Assembly: GCA_963663765.2 (NCBI GenBank) | Contig: CAXXUA010000002.1 | Span: 32,001 to 96,000 of the forward strand | Origin: Candidatus Poribacteria bacterium | GTDB lineage: Bacteria; Poribacteria; WGA-4E; WGA-3G | Direction of reading: 5' to 3' | Length of the DNA: 64,000 nt | In this document: positions 9,887 through 19,889 of the stretch, piece by piece | How the letters are laid out: each line of letters begins with the position of its first letter | Numbering within the stretch: the first letter of the stretch is position 1 | Translations under genes and position numbers: made by a program | The notes under the pieces: model-generated | What the model was told of the DNA's origin: nothing | Database searches by the model: none | What the model saw: only the letters and a program-made list of their open reading frames with translations

Positions 9887-10635
9887 TATTTGCGATTAAC
9901 CTCCAGATTTTGTTCGTCTGTATTATCTGTAACATTGTTGATAAACTTTTCCTTTGAAGTGAACCTATATTTCAAGAGTGTCCATGCAGCAAAAAATCCG
10001 TCCGACCAAAAACGGAGTTTTTTACCTTCCTTTTTTGTACGTGGCGAATAGGAAACCGGAACTTCATGTATGTGATATCCAGATCGTAGTATTTTTGCAG
10101 TAATCTCAGGACAGAATTCAAATCCCTCACAAGTTAAGTCAATTTGTTTGATAAGATTTGTGGTAAACAGTTTATATCCTGTGGCTTCGTCGGTGATTCT
10201 GCTTCCGTAGAGTATATTTGTATACAATGCAAGCATGCGGTTTGCTAAATAGTTATGAATACTTGCATTTCCTCTTCCGTTGAGAAATCGTGAACCGTAA
10301 ACGACATCTACTTTCCCTTTCTCCAAGGGTTTGATTAGATGTAATAAATCATATGGAGAAAGTTCCATATCAGCATCTTGTATTACGACAGCATCGCCAT
10401 TGACATGTGGAATTCCGGTGCGGATTGCGGATCCTTTTCCTTGATTTTTTTCACAATGAACAATAGTGAGATTTTCGTTTTCAGTTAGTTTTTCAAGGAT
10501 AGCCTGGGTTCCATCTGTTGATCCGTCATTGACTACGATGATTTGTGTTTCAAGTGGTAGTGCTTGTACAGTTTCCAGTACCTGTTGAATTGTTTTCTCT
10601 TCATTGTACGTTGGAATAATAACAGATACTAGCAT
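9886..10635 (-). CDS. Glycosyltransferase family 2 (DPM synthase-like)
   Basis: SVIIPTYNE, VNDGSTDGT, QDAD, VYGSRF motifs. Confidence 0.92.
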   Translation of the reverse strand: MLVSVIIPTYNEEKTIQQVLETVQALPLETQIIVVNDGSTDGTQAILEKLTENENLTIVHCEKNQGKGSAIRTGIPHVNGDAVVIQDADMELSPYDLLHLIKPLEKGKVDVVYGSRFLNGRGNASIHNYLANRMLALYTNILYGSRITDEATGYKLFTTNLIKQIDLTCEGFEFCPEITAKILRSGYHIHEVPVSYSPRTKKEGKKLRFWSDGFFAAWTLLKYRFTSKEKFINNVTDNTDEQNLEVNRK

Positions 10636-10728
10636 TGTGCATTTTTTGATAGCAATAAGTCGTTAACGTTTAGCAAGTTAGAGTTCAAAATATTATCTAA
10701 TTTCCTTTTTGTGTTAACCGACAATTGA

Positions 10729-11520
10729 TTAGAGTAACGATTTTACCATACCGCCGTCTGCTTGAATAGTTGTTCCCGTGATATAACTTGCTTTTTCTGA
10801 AGCGAGGAAAACGACCAAGTTTGCGAATTCTTCTGGATCTCCGATTCTCCCGAGTGGGATATCTGCTGTCATTTTTTCGAGTGCATCTTCATAGGAAATT
10901 CCAGCTTCTTCTGCGCGTACTGTTGCGAGTTGTTTAATTCTGTCAGTGTAGATAATACCTGGGCACACGTTGTTGACGAGGATGTTATCTGGTGCGAGTT
11001 CTGTTGCGAGTGTTTTTGCGAATCCGATGACCCCTGTTCGTGCCATATTTGATAGCATGAGTCCGTCAACGGGTTGTTTAACTGAGACAGAAGTGAGATT
11101 TATTATCCTTCCGCTTCCTCGTTGTCGCATATATGGGACGACAGCGCGACATAAATTGATGGTGCTCATTAAATTTAGATGTACTGCATTGTGATAGTCT
11201 TCTGGTAATAGGTCATCAAACCTGCCGGCTCTTGGTCCGCCAGCGTTGTTAACCAGAATATCAATGCCACCAAAATGACCTAATACTTTTCCTATTAGAG
11301 ATTCTACTTGATCATGTTTGCTGACATCGGTTGGTATTGCTAACACTTCGGAACCCGTGGCGTTACGTATATGTGTTGCAGTTTCCTCAAGAGTATCTGC
11401 GTTTCTCGCACAGATGGCGACCTTTGCGCCTTCATGTGCTAATCCCAATGCGATTGCTTTTCCAAGTCCTTTACTGGATGCGCCTATAACTGCAATTTTG
11501 TCCCTGAGTCCGAGGTTCAT
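10729..11520 (-). CDS. Short-chain dehydrogenase/reductase
   Basis: GASSKGLG, NNAGGP, NNVCPG and PLGRIG motifs. The catalytic Tyr position is atypical (LSNMAR). Confidence 0.9.
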   Translation of the reverse strand: MNLGLRDKIAVIGASSKGLGKAIALGLAHEGAKVAICARNADTLEETATHIRNATGSEVLAIPTDVSKHDQVESLIGKVLGHFGGIDILVNNAGGPRAGRFDDLLPEDYHNAVHLNLMSTINLCRAVVPYMRQRGSGRIINLTSVSVKQPVDGLMLSNMARTGVIGFAKTLATELAPDNILVNNVCPGIIYTDRIKQLATVRAEEAGISYEDALEKMTADIPLGRIGDPEEFANLVVFLASEKASYITGTTIQADGGMVKSLL

Positions 11521-11583
11521 ATTTTTTAAATAGGCTACGGTTTGCCTAATCCTTTCAAAGTGGGTGTACTGTCTAATTGGTTA

Positions 11584-11612
11584 AGTATACTGATTATGTG
11601 TTTTGTTGTCAA
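11584..11612 (-). promoter_or_regulatory. Sigma70-type promoter for the SDR operon
   Basis: Minus strand TTGACA-17 nt-TATACT about 65 bp upstream of the ATG at 11520. Confidence 0.7.
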
Positions 11613-11630
11613 GGTTTAAAACCGTTGCGG

Positions 11631-11995
11631 CAGGGTTATTTAGTTTTAGTAGTTTTTGCAGATATTTATAACATTCGTGAATTAGATGCGTAGGTCGGGT
11701 AGAGCGATAGCGAAACCCATAGGTGTCAACTTAAGGAATTTTACCTCTTGTGGGAGGGGTTTTCAACCCCGATTTTATGTTCATTTCCACTCAAATCGGG
11801 GTTAAAAACCCCTCCCACAAGAGAATATGCCAACACTTTTTTCTTAAGTTGACACCTATGGGTAGAGCGATAGCGAAACCCGACATGTATTGATTGTAGT
11901 TGTCATGTCGGGTTTCGCTATCGCTCTACCCGACCTACGATATAAACTTTATGTAACACCCATCAACTGATAATTCTTAAAACTAAATAACCCTG
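11631..11995. mobile_element. CAGGG-ended MITE (family B) holding a REP doublet that is interrupted by a family C insert
   Basis: TIR cagggttatttagtttta / taaaactaaataaccctg with flanks accgttgcgg / cccgttgcgg (9 of 10 match). Confidence 0.85.
11716..11862. mobile_element. Family C mini-element inserted in a REP hairpin
   Basis: TIR cccataggtgtcaacttaag / cttaagttgacacctatggg with the 16-bp duplication tagagcgatagcgaaa. It carries the REP doublet gtgggaggggttttcaaccccg...cggggttaaaaacccctcccac. Confidence 0.9.
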
Positions 11996-12006
11996 CCCGT
12001 TGCGGA

Positions 12007-12137
12007 CAGAGGCATTCAATTGTCACTTAAGTTTCTTGTGGGAGGGGTTTGTAACCCCGATTGCTTGAGTAGAATCGGCTCCCGAATCGCGAAAATCACC
12101 AAAAAATTAGGAAAAATTCGACAATTGAATGCCTCTG
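12007..12137. mobile_element. MITE with CAGAGG ends and a REP half
   Basis: TIR cagaggcattcaattgtc / gacaattgaatgcctctg with a perfect 10-bp TSD ccgttgcgga. Confidence 0.9.
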
Positions 12138-12239
12138 CCGTTGCGGATTTTTTTGATTGAACCAGAATTTTGAGATATTCAGGATTTAACTCATAAATGA
12201 TCATTGATGTGTGATTGTGGTTTTTGTTTTGAACGTGAG

Positions 12240-12363
12240 TTGTCTGAACCAGGATTTGCAGGATTATTAGATATTATGGATTTACCTCAATAGATCCTAT
12301 TCCAAAAGTCGATATATAAACACCTATCAAACAACTTTGATAGGGTGATCCTAGTTCAGACAA
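12240..12363. repeat. Inverted-repeat bounded intergenic element
   Basis: ttgtctgaaccaggat ... atcctagttcagacaa. Confidence 0.65.
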
Positions 12364-12510
12364 GTAACCAGAACTTTACATACCATGCAAAAATAAACAA
12401 TGAAAAAATGCTGAAATTATGCTATAATACTATGTGAAAAATGGAGAAAACGTTAATATACAAACGTTGAGCATTCAACATTTTATAACAACTTTTAGAT
12501 TAGGTAACCA

Positions 12511-13611
12511 GTGAATACAACAAAGAAAAAACTAACCCCCAAACCCGGTATTGAAACTCTCAAAGCCTATCAGGGTGGTAAACCGATTGAAGAGGTTAAA
12601 CGCGAACTCGGTATCTCTAATATAATCAAATTAGCTTCAAATGAAAATCCGCTTGGTGCTCCACAATTGGCTTTATTGGCAATTAAAGAGAATGCCACGA
12701 AAGTAAATCTATATCCCGATGCGAATGCCTATTATCTCAAAGCAGACTTAGCAAAACATCTCGGCGTAACCGAAGACCATCTGATCCTGACAAACGGTTC
12801 TAACGAGGTGTTGACACTCGTCGGTGATACTTATCTCAGCCCAGGTGACGAAGTCATCTATTCAGAAGGTGCATTTGTTGTCTATGGACTTGTAGCAAAG
12901 ATTGCTGGTGCTACATCTGTTGTTGTGCCAATGCAGAACGACACACACCACCTATCATCAATAGCAGCAGCAATCACGGATAAGACAAAAGTTATCTTTA
13001 TTGCAAATCCAAATAACCCTTCAGGAACAATGGTGACCGCAGCTGAAACAGCACAATTCATGGCTATGGTGCCAGATAACGTTTTGGTCATCTATGACGA
13101 AGCGTATTATGAATATGTCACGCGTACTGATTATCCACAGACGCTACCCTATGTGATGGAAAACCGTAACTTCATTATCACACGAACTTTTTCCAAAATC
13201 TACGGTCTTGCTGGATTGCGTGTTGGCTATGGTATCGCACCACCTTCTATTATTTCTACGATGAATGCTGTTCGGCAACCGTTCAACTGTAACGCAATAG
13301 CACAAGCAGCCGCACGCGCAGCTTTGGAAGATAGTGATTTTGTTGAGAAAAGCAAAGAACTCAATGAAGTAGGAAAATCATTCCTTTATAATGCATTTGA
13401 CAAATTAGGGTTAAGATATATTAAATCTGAAGGAAACTTCATCATGGTTTTTGTAAATCAAACGGGGGCAAAATTAGCTGAAGCCATGATGCAAAAAGGT
13501 GTAATTGTTCGAGAAATGAAAGATTACGGATACCCTAATGCAATCAGGGTTACCATCGGCATAACGAATCAGAATGAACGGTTCATTGAAGTACTTAAGT
13601 CTTTTATTTAA
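12511..13611 (+). CDS. hisC: Histidinol-phosphate aminotransferase
   Basis: KLASNENPLG, ANPNNPSG, DEAY and RTFSKIYGLAGLRVGY motifs. Confidence 0.93.
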   Translation: MNTTKKKLTPKPGIETLKAYQGGKPIEEVKRELGISNIIKLASNENPLGAPQLALLAIKENATKVNLYPDANAYYLKADLAKHLGVTEDHLILTNGSNEVLTLVGDTYLSPGDEVIYSEGAFVVYGLVAKIAGATSVVVPMQNDTHHLSSIAAAITDKTKVIFIANPNNPSGTMVTAAETAQFMAMVPDNVLVIYDEAYYEYVTRTDYPQTLPYVMENRNFIITRTFSKIYGLAGLRVGYGIAPPSIISTMNAVRQPFNCNAIAQAAARAALEDSDFVEKSKELNEVGKSFLYNAFDKLGLRYIKSEGNFIMVFVNQTGAKLAEAMMQKGVIVREMKDYGYPNAIRVTIGITNQNERFIEVLKSFI

Positions 13612-13652
13612 TACGAAAAATTTGACTTCTAAAACTGAAAGCCATACTAACT

Positions 13653-14765
13653 ATGAAAGAACTAATACAAATAGATAATCGAAGACCTACCCGAACTATA
13701 AATGTAGGAAACATACCGATTGGTGGCGGAAACCCAATTTCCATCCAGACGATGACCACTACCCTAACGCACGACATTGATGCGACATTAGCACAGGTTG
13801 AACGGTGTGCAGAAGCAGGTGCACAAATCGTCCGAGTGGCTGTACCAGATGAAAAGGACGCAAAAGCACTTAGTCAAATCGTGAAACGTTCCCCTGTCCC
13901 AATTGTTTCTGACATCCATTTCAACTATAGATTCGCGCTGGATGCAGTAGATGCGGGTGTCGCAAAGGTTCGCATCAATCCGGGGAACATTGGCAACGAA
14001 GAACGGATTGCGCAAGTGTTGTCTGCAGCAAAATCCGCAAATATCCCCATTCGCATCGGTGTCAACGAAGGATCACTTGAAAAAGACCTATTAGATAAAT
14101 ATCCCTCACCCACAGCAGAAGCGTTGGTAGAAAGTGCTATGCGGCATGTCAAAATCTGTGAAGAACACGATTTTACAGACATCGCAATCTCCGTCAAATC
14201 CAGCGACCCACTACGAATGATAGAGGCGAACAGATTGCTTTCTGCGAAAGTGCGTTACCCCTTACACCTCGGCGTAACCGAAGCAGGGACACCGCGACGT
14301 GCACATGTCAAATCCACCCTCGGCATCGGAACACTATTATTAGACGGTATCGGTGACACCCTCCGAATCTCCATAACAGGCGACCCTGTTGAGGAAGTAT
14401 TGACTGCAAAAGAACTGCTCCGCGCATTAGGTATGGCAGACAATATATTAAATGTCATCTCTTGTCCATTTTGTGGACGTGGTGACCCTGAAGCAAATTA
14501 TGAAAACATCGTTGCTGTTGCAGAGGAAATTTTGGAGAAAAACGGTATCATAGGTGATATTGCAATTATGGGATGTGAAGTCAACGGTCCAGGTGAAACG
14601 CGCAACGCAAAAATCGGTATTCATCTGGGAGGCAAAGAACTGGCTGTACTAAAAGTCAACGGTGAACGGGTGCGTACCTTCCGTGGAAAAGACGAAGTAA
14701 ATCCAGAGTTTTTAGCGAATGCTTTAATAGAAGCAGCACAGCAGTTACAAACATCTGAAATGTGA
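13653..14765 (+). CDS. ispG: 4-hydroxy-3-methylbut-2-en-1-yl diphosphate synthase
   Basis: PISIQTM, DIHF, RINPGNIG, HLGVTEAG, SCPFCGR and MGCEVNGPGE motifs. Confidence 0.97.
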   Translation: MKELIQIDNRRPTRTINVGNIPIGGGNPISIQTMTTTLTHDIDATLAQVERCAEAGAQIVRVAVPDEKDAKALSQIVKRSPVPIVSDIHFNYRFALDAVDAGVAKVRINPGNIGNEERIAQVLSAAKSANIPIRIGVNEGSLEKDLLDKYPSPTAEALVESAMRHVKICEEHDFTDIAISVKSSDPLRMIEANRLLSAKVRYPLHLGVTEAGTPRRAHVKSTLGIGTLLLDGIGDTLRISITGDPVEEVLTAKELLRALGMADNILNVISCPFCGRGDPEANYENIVAVAEEILEKNGIIGDIAIMGCEVNGPGETRNAKIGIHLGGKELAVLKVNGERVRTFRGKDEVNPEFLANALIEAAQQLQTSEM

Positions 14766-14860
14766 GACTTTGATTATCTTGTAATATGAGACCAAAACTT
14801 TTACTACACTTTATGTTTTATGGAGGCTATAGGTGATGTTTGCAAACCTATAGAATAAAT

Positions 14861-15787
14861 ATGAAAAAGGTTATGTTTTTCTTTGTTTTAACTGTTATAA
14901 GCACATTTGCTATTTCTCCGCTTAGACCTGCTGAGGATAAAGATGACAAAGCACCTGAAGGGATGGTGTTGATTCCTGCAGGTGAGTTTGAAAGGGGCAG
15001 TAATCATTTTAGAGATAATGAAAAACCAATTCACAAAGTCTACGTAGATGCTTTCTATATGGACATACACGAAGTGACCGTTGGTGAATATAATCGGTTT
15101 GTCAAGGAGACAGGACATCGTCCATTACCTCCTTGGGTTTCAAAATATTCACCAACAGATAAACATCCTGCGGTTTGCGTGAGTTGGCATGATGCTATGG
15201 CTTTTGCAAAGTGGACAGGTAAGCGGTTGCCGACAGAAGCGGAATGGGAAAGAGCCGCGCGAGGTGGTTTGAAAGGTAAATACTATCCGTGGGGTGATGC
15301 TGCACCAGATGGCACACAATGTAATTTTTCTGACATAAACTCGGGTAGAGACAATGCAGATAAAACTGTTGATGATGGTTATCAATGGAATGCACCAGTA
15401 GGTAGTTACCCGCCTAATGCTTACGGACTCTACGATATGACAGGGAATGTGTGGGAGTGGTGCCTTGATGCGTATGATGCAGATTATTATTTGGACTGTT
15501 ATTATTCAGATCCGCCCCTCAAGAATCCAGTATTAGGAACAACCGTTGTTGACTGGCTTGAAAACAACGTAATTTTACCCCGCAAGGATGTCCTGTTGAG
15601 TACAAACGACATAGATTGGGTGATTGCAAATGCCTCCACTATACATTCTAAACGTGTGTTACGTAGTGGTTCCCGTGCCTGTACTGTTGAAGTAATACGG
15701 GTTTCCCATCGGAACAGTAATGTGCCAACGACTACTTATTACAACGACTTTGGGTTTCGCTGCGTCAAGGATATAAAACCTAAATGA
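14861..15787 (+). CDS. Formylglycine-generating enzyme (SUMF1/FGE-sulfatase) domain protein, secreted
   Basis: RLPTEAEWERAARGG, YDMTGNVWEW and GFRC motifs. Likely start is ATG 14861 (MKKVMFF signal peptide); the track starts at 14840. Confidence 0.88.
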   Translation: MKKVMFFFVLTVISTFAISPLRPAEDKDDKAPEGMVLIPAGEFERGSNHFRDNEKPIHKVYVDAFYMDIHEVTVGEYNRFVKETGHRPLPPWVSKYSPTDKHPAVCVSWHDAMAFAKWTGKRLPTEAEWERAARGGLKGKYYPWGDAAPDGTQCNFSDINSGRDNADKTVDDGYQWNAPVGSYPPNAYGLYDMTGNVWEWCLDAYDADYYLDCYYSDPPLKNPVLGTTVVDWLENNVILPRKDVLLSTNDIDWVIANASTIHSKRVLRSGSRACTVEVIRVSHRNSNVPTTTYYNDFGFRCVKDIKPK

Positions 15788-15813
15788 CCATAGACATAAA
15801 TAGAACATAATCA

Positions 15814-17322
15814 ATGCAATACATACAAAAAGCAATCCGTTCCATAATCGGACAAATCTGTATCATCGCGCTGTTTTTCCTGATATACCATATAGTAATG
15901 GAATTAATCATGCGCGAGACAGGACTCAGACTGGGAGCTGTGAAATTTCACAGACACTTCGTCCCGTACTATGCTCAACCGGAACCAAACCTGAGTTGGT
16001 GGATTCTTCCCGCACTTGTTATTTGCATTGGATTCCTCTTTCTTTCCTATAAATTTATCCTTTCAAACAACATTAGTTCGCGAAAGTTGATATTGATTGC
16101 TTATGTTTGCTTCATCGCGATCAATATCAGTGTCGCACAAATTGATGGTTTCCGTGAAATAGAGACAGAACAGGGTACTGAACAAATTTTAACACTATTC
16201 TATCCTTACACACGATCTGGGTTGGAATATTATGAGGATGTGCCACAAATAGAAAAACTCGGACTCCGCACATTTTTGCGTGATTTTAGCAAACCGGAGG
16301 TGTTCAATGAATTAACTGGACACACACGCACCCATCCGCCGGGAGGCGTTGTATTCCTATGGTTGTTCAGTAAGATATTCGGTTACAATCTCATATCTGC
16401 ATCGTTAGTATCAGTGCTATTCACTGCACTCGTCATCATACCTATCTATAAACTCACAGAACGTCTATACAATCAGAAGGTCGCGCTTTACGCATTGCTG
16501 CTATTCCTTGTCACACCAAACTTTGTGATGTTCACCACAACATCTATGGACGGACCATTTAGTGTGTTTCCAATTCTTAGTCTCTACCTGTTTTACGAAG
16601 CAAGACACAAGGAAACTGATCCAGAATCCGCATTGACAAAATTTCGTCCCTATAGTCTCCTTACAGGTCTTTCGCTTGCGCTGGGTATGTTTTTGACCTA
16701 TTCAACCGTGGTAATTGGAGTCTTCCTGTGTGTCATCGCATTATTAGAGAGATACCGGTTCAAGCAATACCTGAAGATGTTGTTATATGCTTCTATCGGT
16801 TTTGTTGGTTTCTACGTGCTATTATACTTACTCACTGGCTTCCAACCCTTTGACGCACTTTGGGCAGCAATTAAAAAAGATGAAGCAGGTATGGGAACAG
16901 GATTTGAAAGTATTGACCGTTATTTCCACCTGAGTATTGCTAATCTTTTTGCCTTCTTAATGGGTGTAGGTATTCCGATAACAACAGTCTGGCTACGTCA
17001 ACTTGTAAAAACATTCAAGGAGTGGAAGCAAAACACCACAACATCTGCATCTGAGGAGATGCCAGTTCGCGTGCCTTGGATATTACGTCATGACAAGGTA
17101 GATACATACATCATCGGTTTCCTCATAACAATCCTCTACTTCACATTCTCAACTTGGTTCACGATGGAGGTGGAACGAATCTGGATTTTCATGGTGCCGT
17201 TCTTCGTCATTCCCGTAGCCAAATACCTAACAACACGAACCCAACGTGATTTCTTCTGGGTTGCTGGTTTACTTGTCGTTCAGCTCATCATTTCAGAGGT
17301 ACTACTCTATACCCATTGGTAG
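15814..17322 (+). CDS. Integral membrane GT-C (ArnT/PMT-like) glycosyltransferase
   Basis: Multiple TM segments with THPPG, IYKLTERLY, TPNF and ERIW motifs. Confidence 0.7.
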   Translation: MQYIQKAIRSIIGQICIIALFFLIYHIVMELIMRETGLRLGAVKFHRHFVPYYAQPEPNLSWWILPALVICIGFLFLSYKFILSNNISSRKLILIAYVCFIAINISVAQIDGFREIETEQGTEQILTLFYPYTRSGLEYYEDVPQIEKLGLRTFLRDFSKPEVFNELTGHTRTHPPGGVVFLWLFSKIFGYNLISASLVSVLFTALVIIPIYKLTERLYNQKVALYALLLFLVTPNFVMFTTTSMDGPFSVFPILSLYLFYEARHKETDPESALTKFRPYSLLTGLSLALGMFLTYSTVVIGVFLCVIALLERYRFKQYLKMLLYASIGFVGFYVLLYLLTGFQPFDALWAAIKKDEAGMGTGFESIDRYFHLSIANLFAFLMGVGIPITTVWLRQLVKTFKEWKQNTTTSASEEMPVRVPWILRHDKVDTYIIGFLITILYFTFSTWFTMEVERIWIFMVPFFVIPVAKYLTTRTQRDFFWVAGLLVVQLIISEVLLYTHW

Positions 17323-17344
17323 CAATTGTTGCAATAGACTGTAA

Positions 17345-18193
17345 TTAACCTAATTCGATGTTTAGTGAAACAAAGAACGCGACGAGTCCTAATGCAATAC
17401 AGTAATACGTAAACACAGAGAATCTTCCACGGTTTAGCATGACCAACAGCAAACGCAAAGCAATATAACCAACCAGAAAAGATGCAAACATGCCGATCAC
17501 TAAGATATGCAAAGGAATAACAGTGTCACCAATGTCTTTGATTTTAAGGACGACTGCCCCAAGAATGGCGGGAATTGAAAGTAGAAACGAATATTCCGCT
17601 GCGGTTTTTGCTGGAATACCCAAAAAGAGAGCGAGTGAAATTGTTGAGCCTGAACGTGAAATCCCTGGTGTAATAGCACAACCTTGTGCAATGCCAACAA
17701 GCAGCGCATGCCACCATTTCATCTTATCTGGTGCAGTATCAAGACCATCGGCATCCTTTTTTCTGAGTCGTGGCAATTGAAGGATGACGCCAGTTACGAT
17801 GAGCATGATACTAACAAGTTGCACCTCACCAAAGAAAGACTCTAACTGATCCTTAAACAGCACAGCAATGATGCCTGTAGGAATAGAACCGAGAAGTATC
17901 AACCAAATAAATCTGAGTTCAACCGACTCGTTTGTGGTTCTAATTGGGTGCTTATAGAAACGTTTATCTCCAAGCGTAGACAACCCTCCAACAAATAATT
18001 TTCCTATTGCCTGACGATATGCTACAAGCACAGCAGCTAATGTGCCAACGTGCAACATCACATCAAAAAACACAAGCGTTTCTTTCAATCCGAGTAACTG
18101 TTGTGCTAAGACGAGGTGTCCAGAACTGCTAACGGGGAGAAATTCAGTGAGACCTTGTAAAATACCAAGTAAAATCGCTTCAAACAATGACAT
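17345..18193 (-). CDS. uppP: Undecaprenyl-diphosphate phosphatase
   Basis: QGLTEFLPVSSSGHL and PGISRSGSTI motifs. Confidence 0.96.
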   Translation of the reverse strand: MSLFEAILLGILQGLTEFLPVSSSGHLVLAQQLLGLKETLVFFDVMLHVGTLAAVLVAYRQAIGKLFVGGLSTLGDKRFYKHPIRTTNESVELRFIWLILLGSIPTGIIAVLFKDQLESFFGEVQLVSIMLIVTGVILQLPRLRKKDADGLDTAPDKMKWWHALLVGIAQGCAITPGISRSGSTISLALFLGIPAKTAAEYSFLLSIPAILGAVVLKIKDIGDTVIPLHILVIGMFASFLVGYIALRLLLVMLNRGRFSVFTYYCIALGLVAFFVSLNIELG

Positions 18194-18376
18194 GTGTATA
18201 TTATAGCAACCAATTCTCCAGACTGCAAGGTATTTATGTTCCTACGGGTTATTTAGTTTTAAGAATTATCAGTTGATGGTTGTTACTAAGAGTTTATATC
18301 GTAGGTCGGGTAGAGCGTTAGCGAAACCCGACATGTATTGATTGTAGTTGTCATGTCGGGTTTCACTAACGCTCTA

Positions 18377-19528
18377 CCCATAGGTGTCAACTTAGCGGTT
18401 CATATTATTGTAGGAGGGAAACCTTGAAACCCCGATTTTCTCACTCAAGGTAGGCGTGCTTTGTAAGCGCGCTCCCCAACTGCAGGCGTGCTTTGTAAGC
18501 GCGCTCCCCAACTGCAGGCGTGCTTTGTAAGCGCGCTCCCCAACTGCAGGCGTGCTTTGTAAGCGCGCTCCCCAACTGCAGGCGTGCTTTGTAAGCGCGC
18601 CACCCAACTGCAGGCGTGCTTTGTAAGCGCGCCACCCAACTGCAGGCGTGCTTTGTAAGCGCGCCCCCCAACTGCAGGCGTGCTTTGTAAGCGCGCCCCC
18701 CAACTGCAGGCGTGCTTTGTAAGCGCGCCCCCCAACTGCAGGCGTGCTTTGTAAGCGCGCCCCCCAACTGCAGGCGTGCTTTGTAAGCGCGCCCCCCAAC
18801 TGCAGGCGTGCTTTGTAAGCGCGCCCCCCAACTGCAGGCGTGCTTTGTAAGCGCGCCCCCCAACTGCAGGCGTGCTTTGTAAGCGCGCTCCCCAACTGCA
18901 GGCGTGCTTTGTAAGCGCGCCCCCCAACTGCAGGCGTGCTTTGTAAGCGCGCCACCCAACTGCAGGCGTGCTTTGTAAGCGCGCCACCCAACTGCAGGCG
19001 TGCTTTGTAAGCGCGCCACCCAACTGCAGGCGTGCTTTGTAAGCGCGCTCCCCAACTGCAGGCGTGCTTTGTAAGCGCGCCACCCAACTGCAGGCGTGCT
19101 TTGTAAGCGCGCCACCCAACTGCAGGCGTGCTTTGTAAGCGCGCTCCCCAACTGCAGGCGTGCTTTGTAAGCGCGCTCCCCAACTGCAGGCGTGCTTTGT
19201 AAGCGCGCCACCCAACTGCAGGCGTGCTTTGTAAGCGCGCCACCCAACTGCAGGCGTGCTTTGTAAGCGCGCCCCCCAACTGCAGGCGTGCTTTGTAAGC
19301 GCGCCCCCCAACTGCAGGCGTGCTTTGTAAGCGCGCCCCCCAACTGCAGGCGTGCTTTGTAAGCGCGCCCCCCAACTGCAGGCGTGCTTTGTAAGCGCGC
19401 TCCCCAACTGCAGGCGTGCTTTGTAAGCGCGCCGTTGCCAATCCTGTGTTTATCGGCGCGCTTACAAAGCACGCCTACCGGGATGGGGCATTTAGCTCTT
19501 GACTTTTTCTTAAGTTGACACCTATGGG
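18377..19528. mobile_element. Family C element inserted in a REP hairpin
   Basis: TIR cccataggtgtcaactta / taagttgacacctatggg with the 16-bp duplication tttc(a/g)ctaacgctcta. Confidence 0.88.
18450..19478 (+). repeat. Tandem array of a 32-bp REP unit (30 full copies plus 1 partial) closed by one inverted REP
   Basis: Unit gcaggcgtgctttgtaagcgcgc(tc/ca/cc)cccaact. The aggcg motif recurs every 32 bp from 18452 to 19412. Inverted copy at 19455-19478. Confidence 0.97.
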
Positions 19529-19631
19529 TTTCGCTAACGCTCTACCCGACCTACGCATCTAATTCACGAATGTTATTAATATCTGCAAAAAATACTAAAA
19601 CTAATTAACCCTGTTATGTTCCAAATTCACA

Positions 19632-19660
19632 TTGACGTATGAACTGAATCGTGGTATACT
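19632..19660 (+). promoter_or_regulatory. Sigma70-type promoter
   Basis: TTGACG-17 nt-TATACT with an extended TG motif. Confidence 0.65.
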
Positions 19661-19685
19661 TTAACGGATTTATTATGTTATCTCA

Positions 19686-19809
19686 TCAGGACATACGTAG
19701 TTTTCATGAATTCATCAAGAATTAAGTCGAAAAAGATGTAATTTTCAGCATTTTTTAGGTTTCTTGCGCGCTTACAAAGCGCGCCTACCGTTGGGTGCGT
19801 AAGTCCTGA
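19686..19809. mobile_element. MITE shell with a REP half
   Basis: tcaggacatacgta / tgcgtaagtcctga ends, with gcgcgcttacaaagcgcgcctac inside. Confidence 0.7.
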
Positions 19810-19889
19810 TAATATTGCGAACATTTCTTTTTTAATTCCATACGAAGTATTCAAGTGAAAGATTTATAAAAATGTAGGAGGGAATATAT

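Larger units (their letters stand above)
18244..19613. mobile_element. Family B MITE, inverted relative to 11631-11995, with nested REP doublet, family C insert and REP array
   Basis: Arms are the reverse complement of the 11631-11995 arms. Flanks ttatgttcct / ttatgttcca (9 of 10 match). Confidence 0.85.

Noticed and set aside
15782-15793. aaatgaccatag at the stop of the FGE gene as a third DUF1670-element end
   Set aside because: Only 12 bp and lacks the terminal gtatc, so it could be chance.
18450-19432. CRISPR array
   Set aside because: Units abut directly with no unique spacers and no cas genes are nearby. It is a tandem REP amplification.
18392-19472. Three overlapping 320-349 aa minus-strand ORFs
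   Set aside because: All three frames are open only because the 32-bp repeat lacks stops on that strand. No credible start or RBS.
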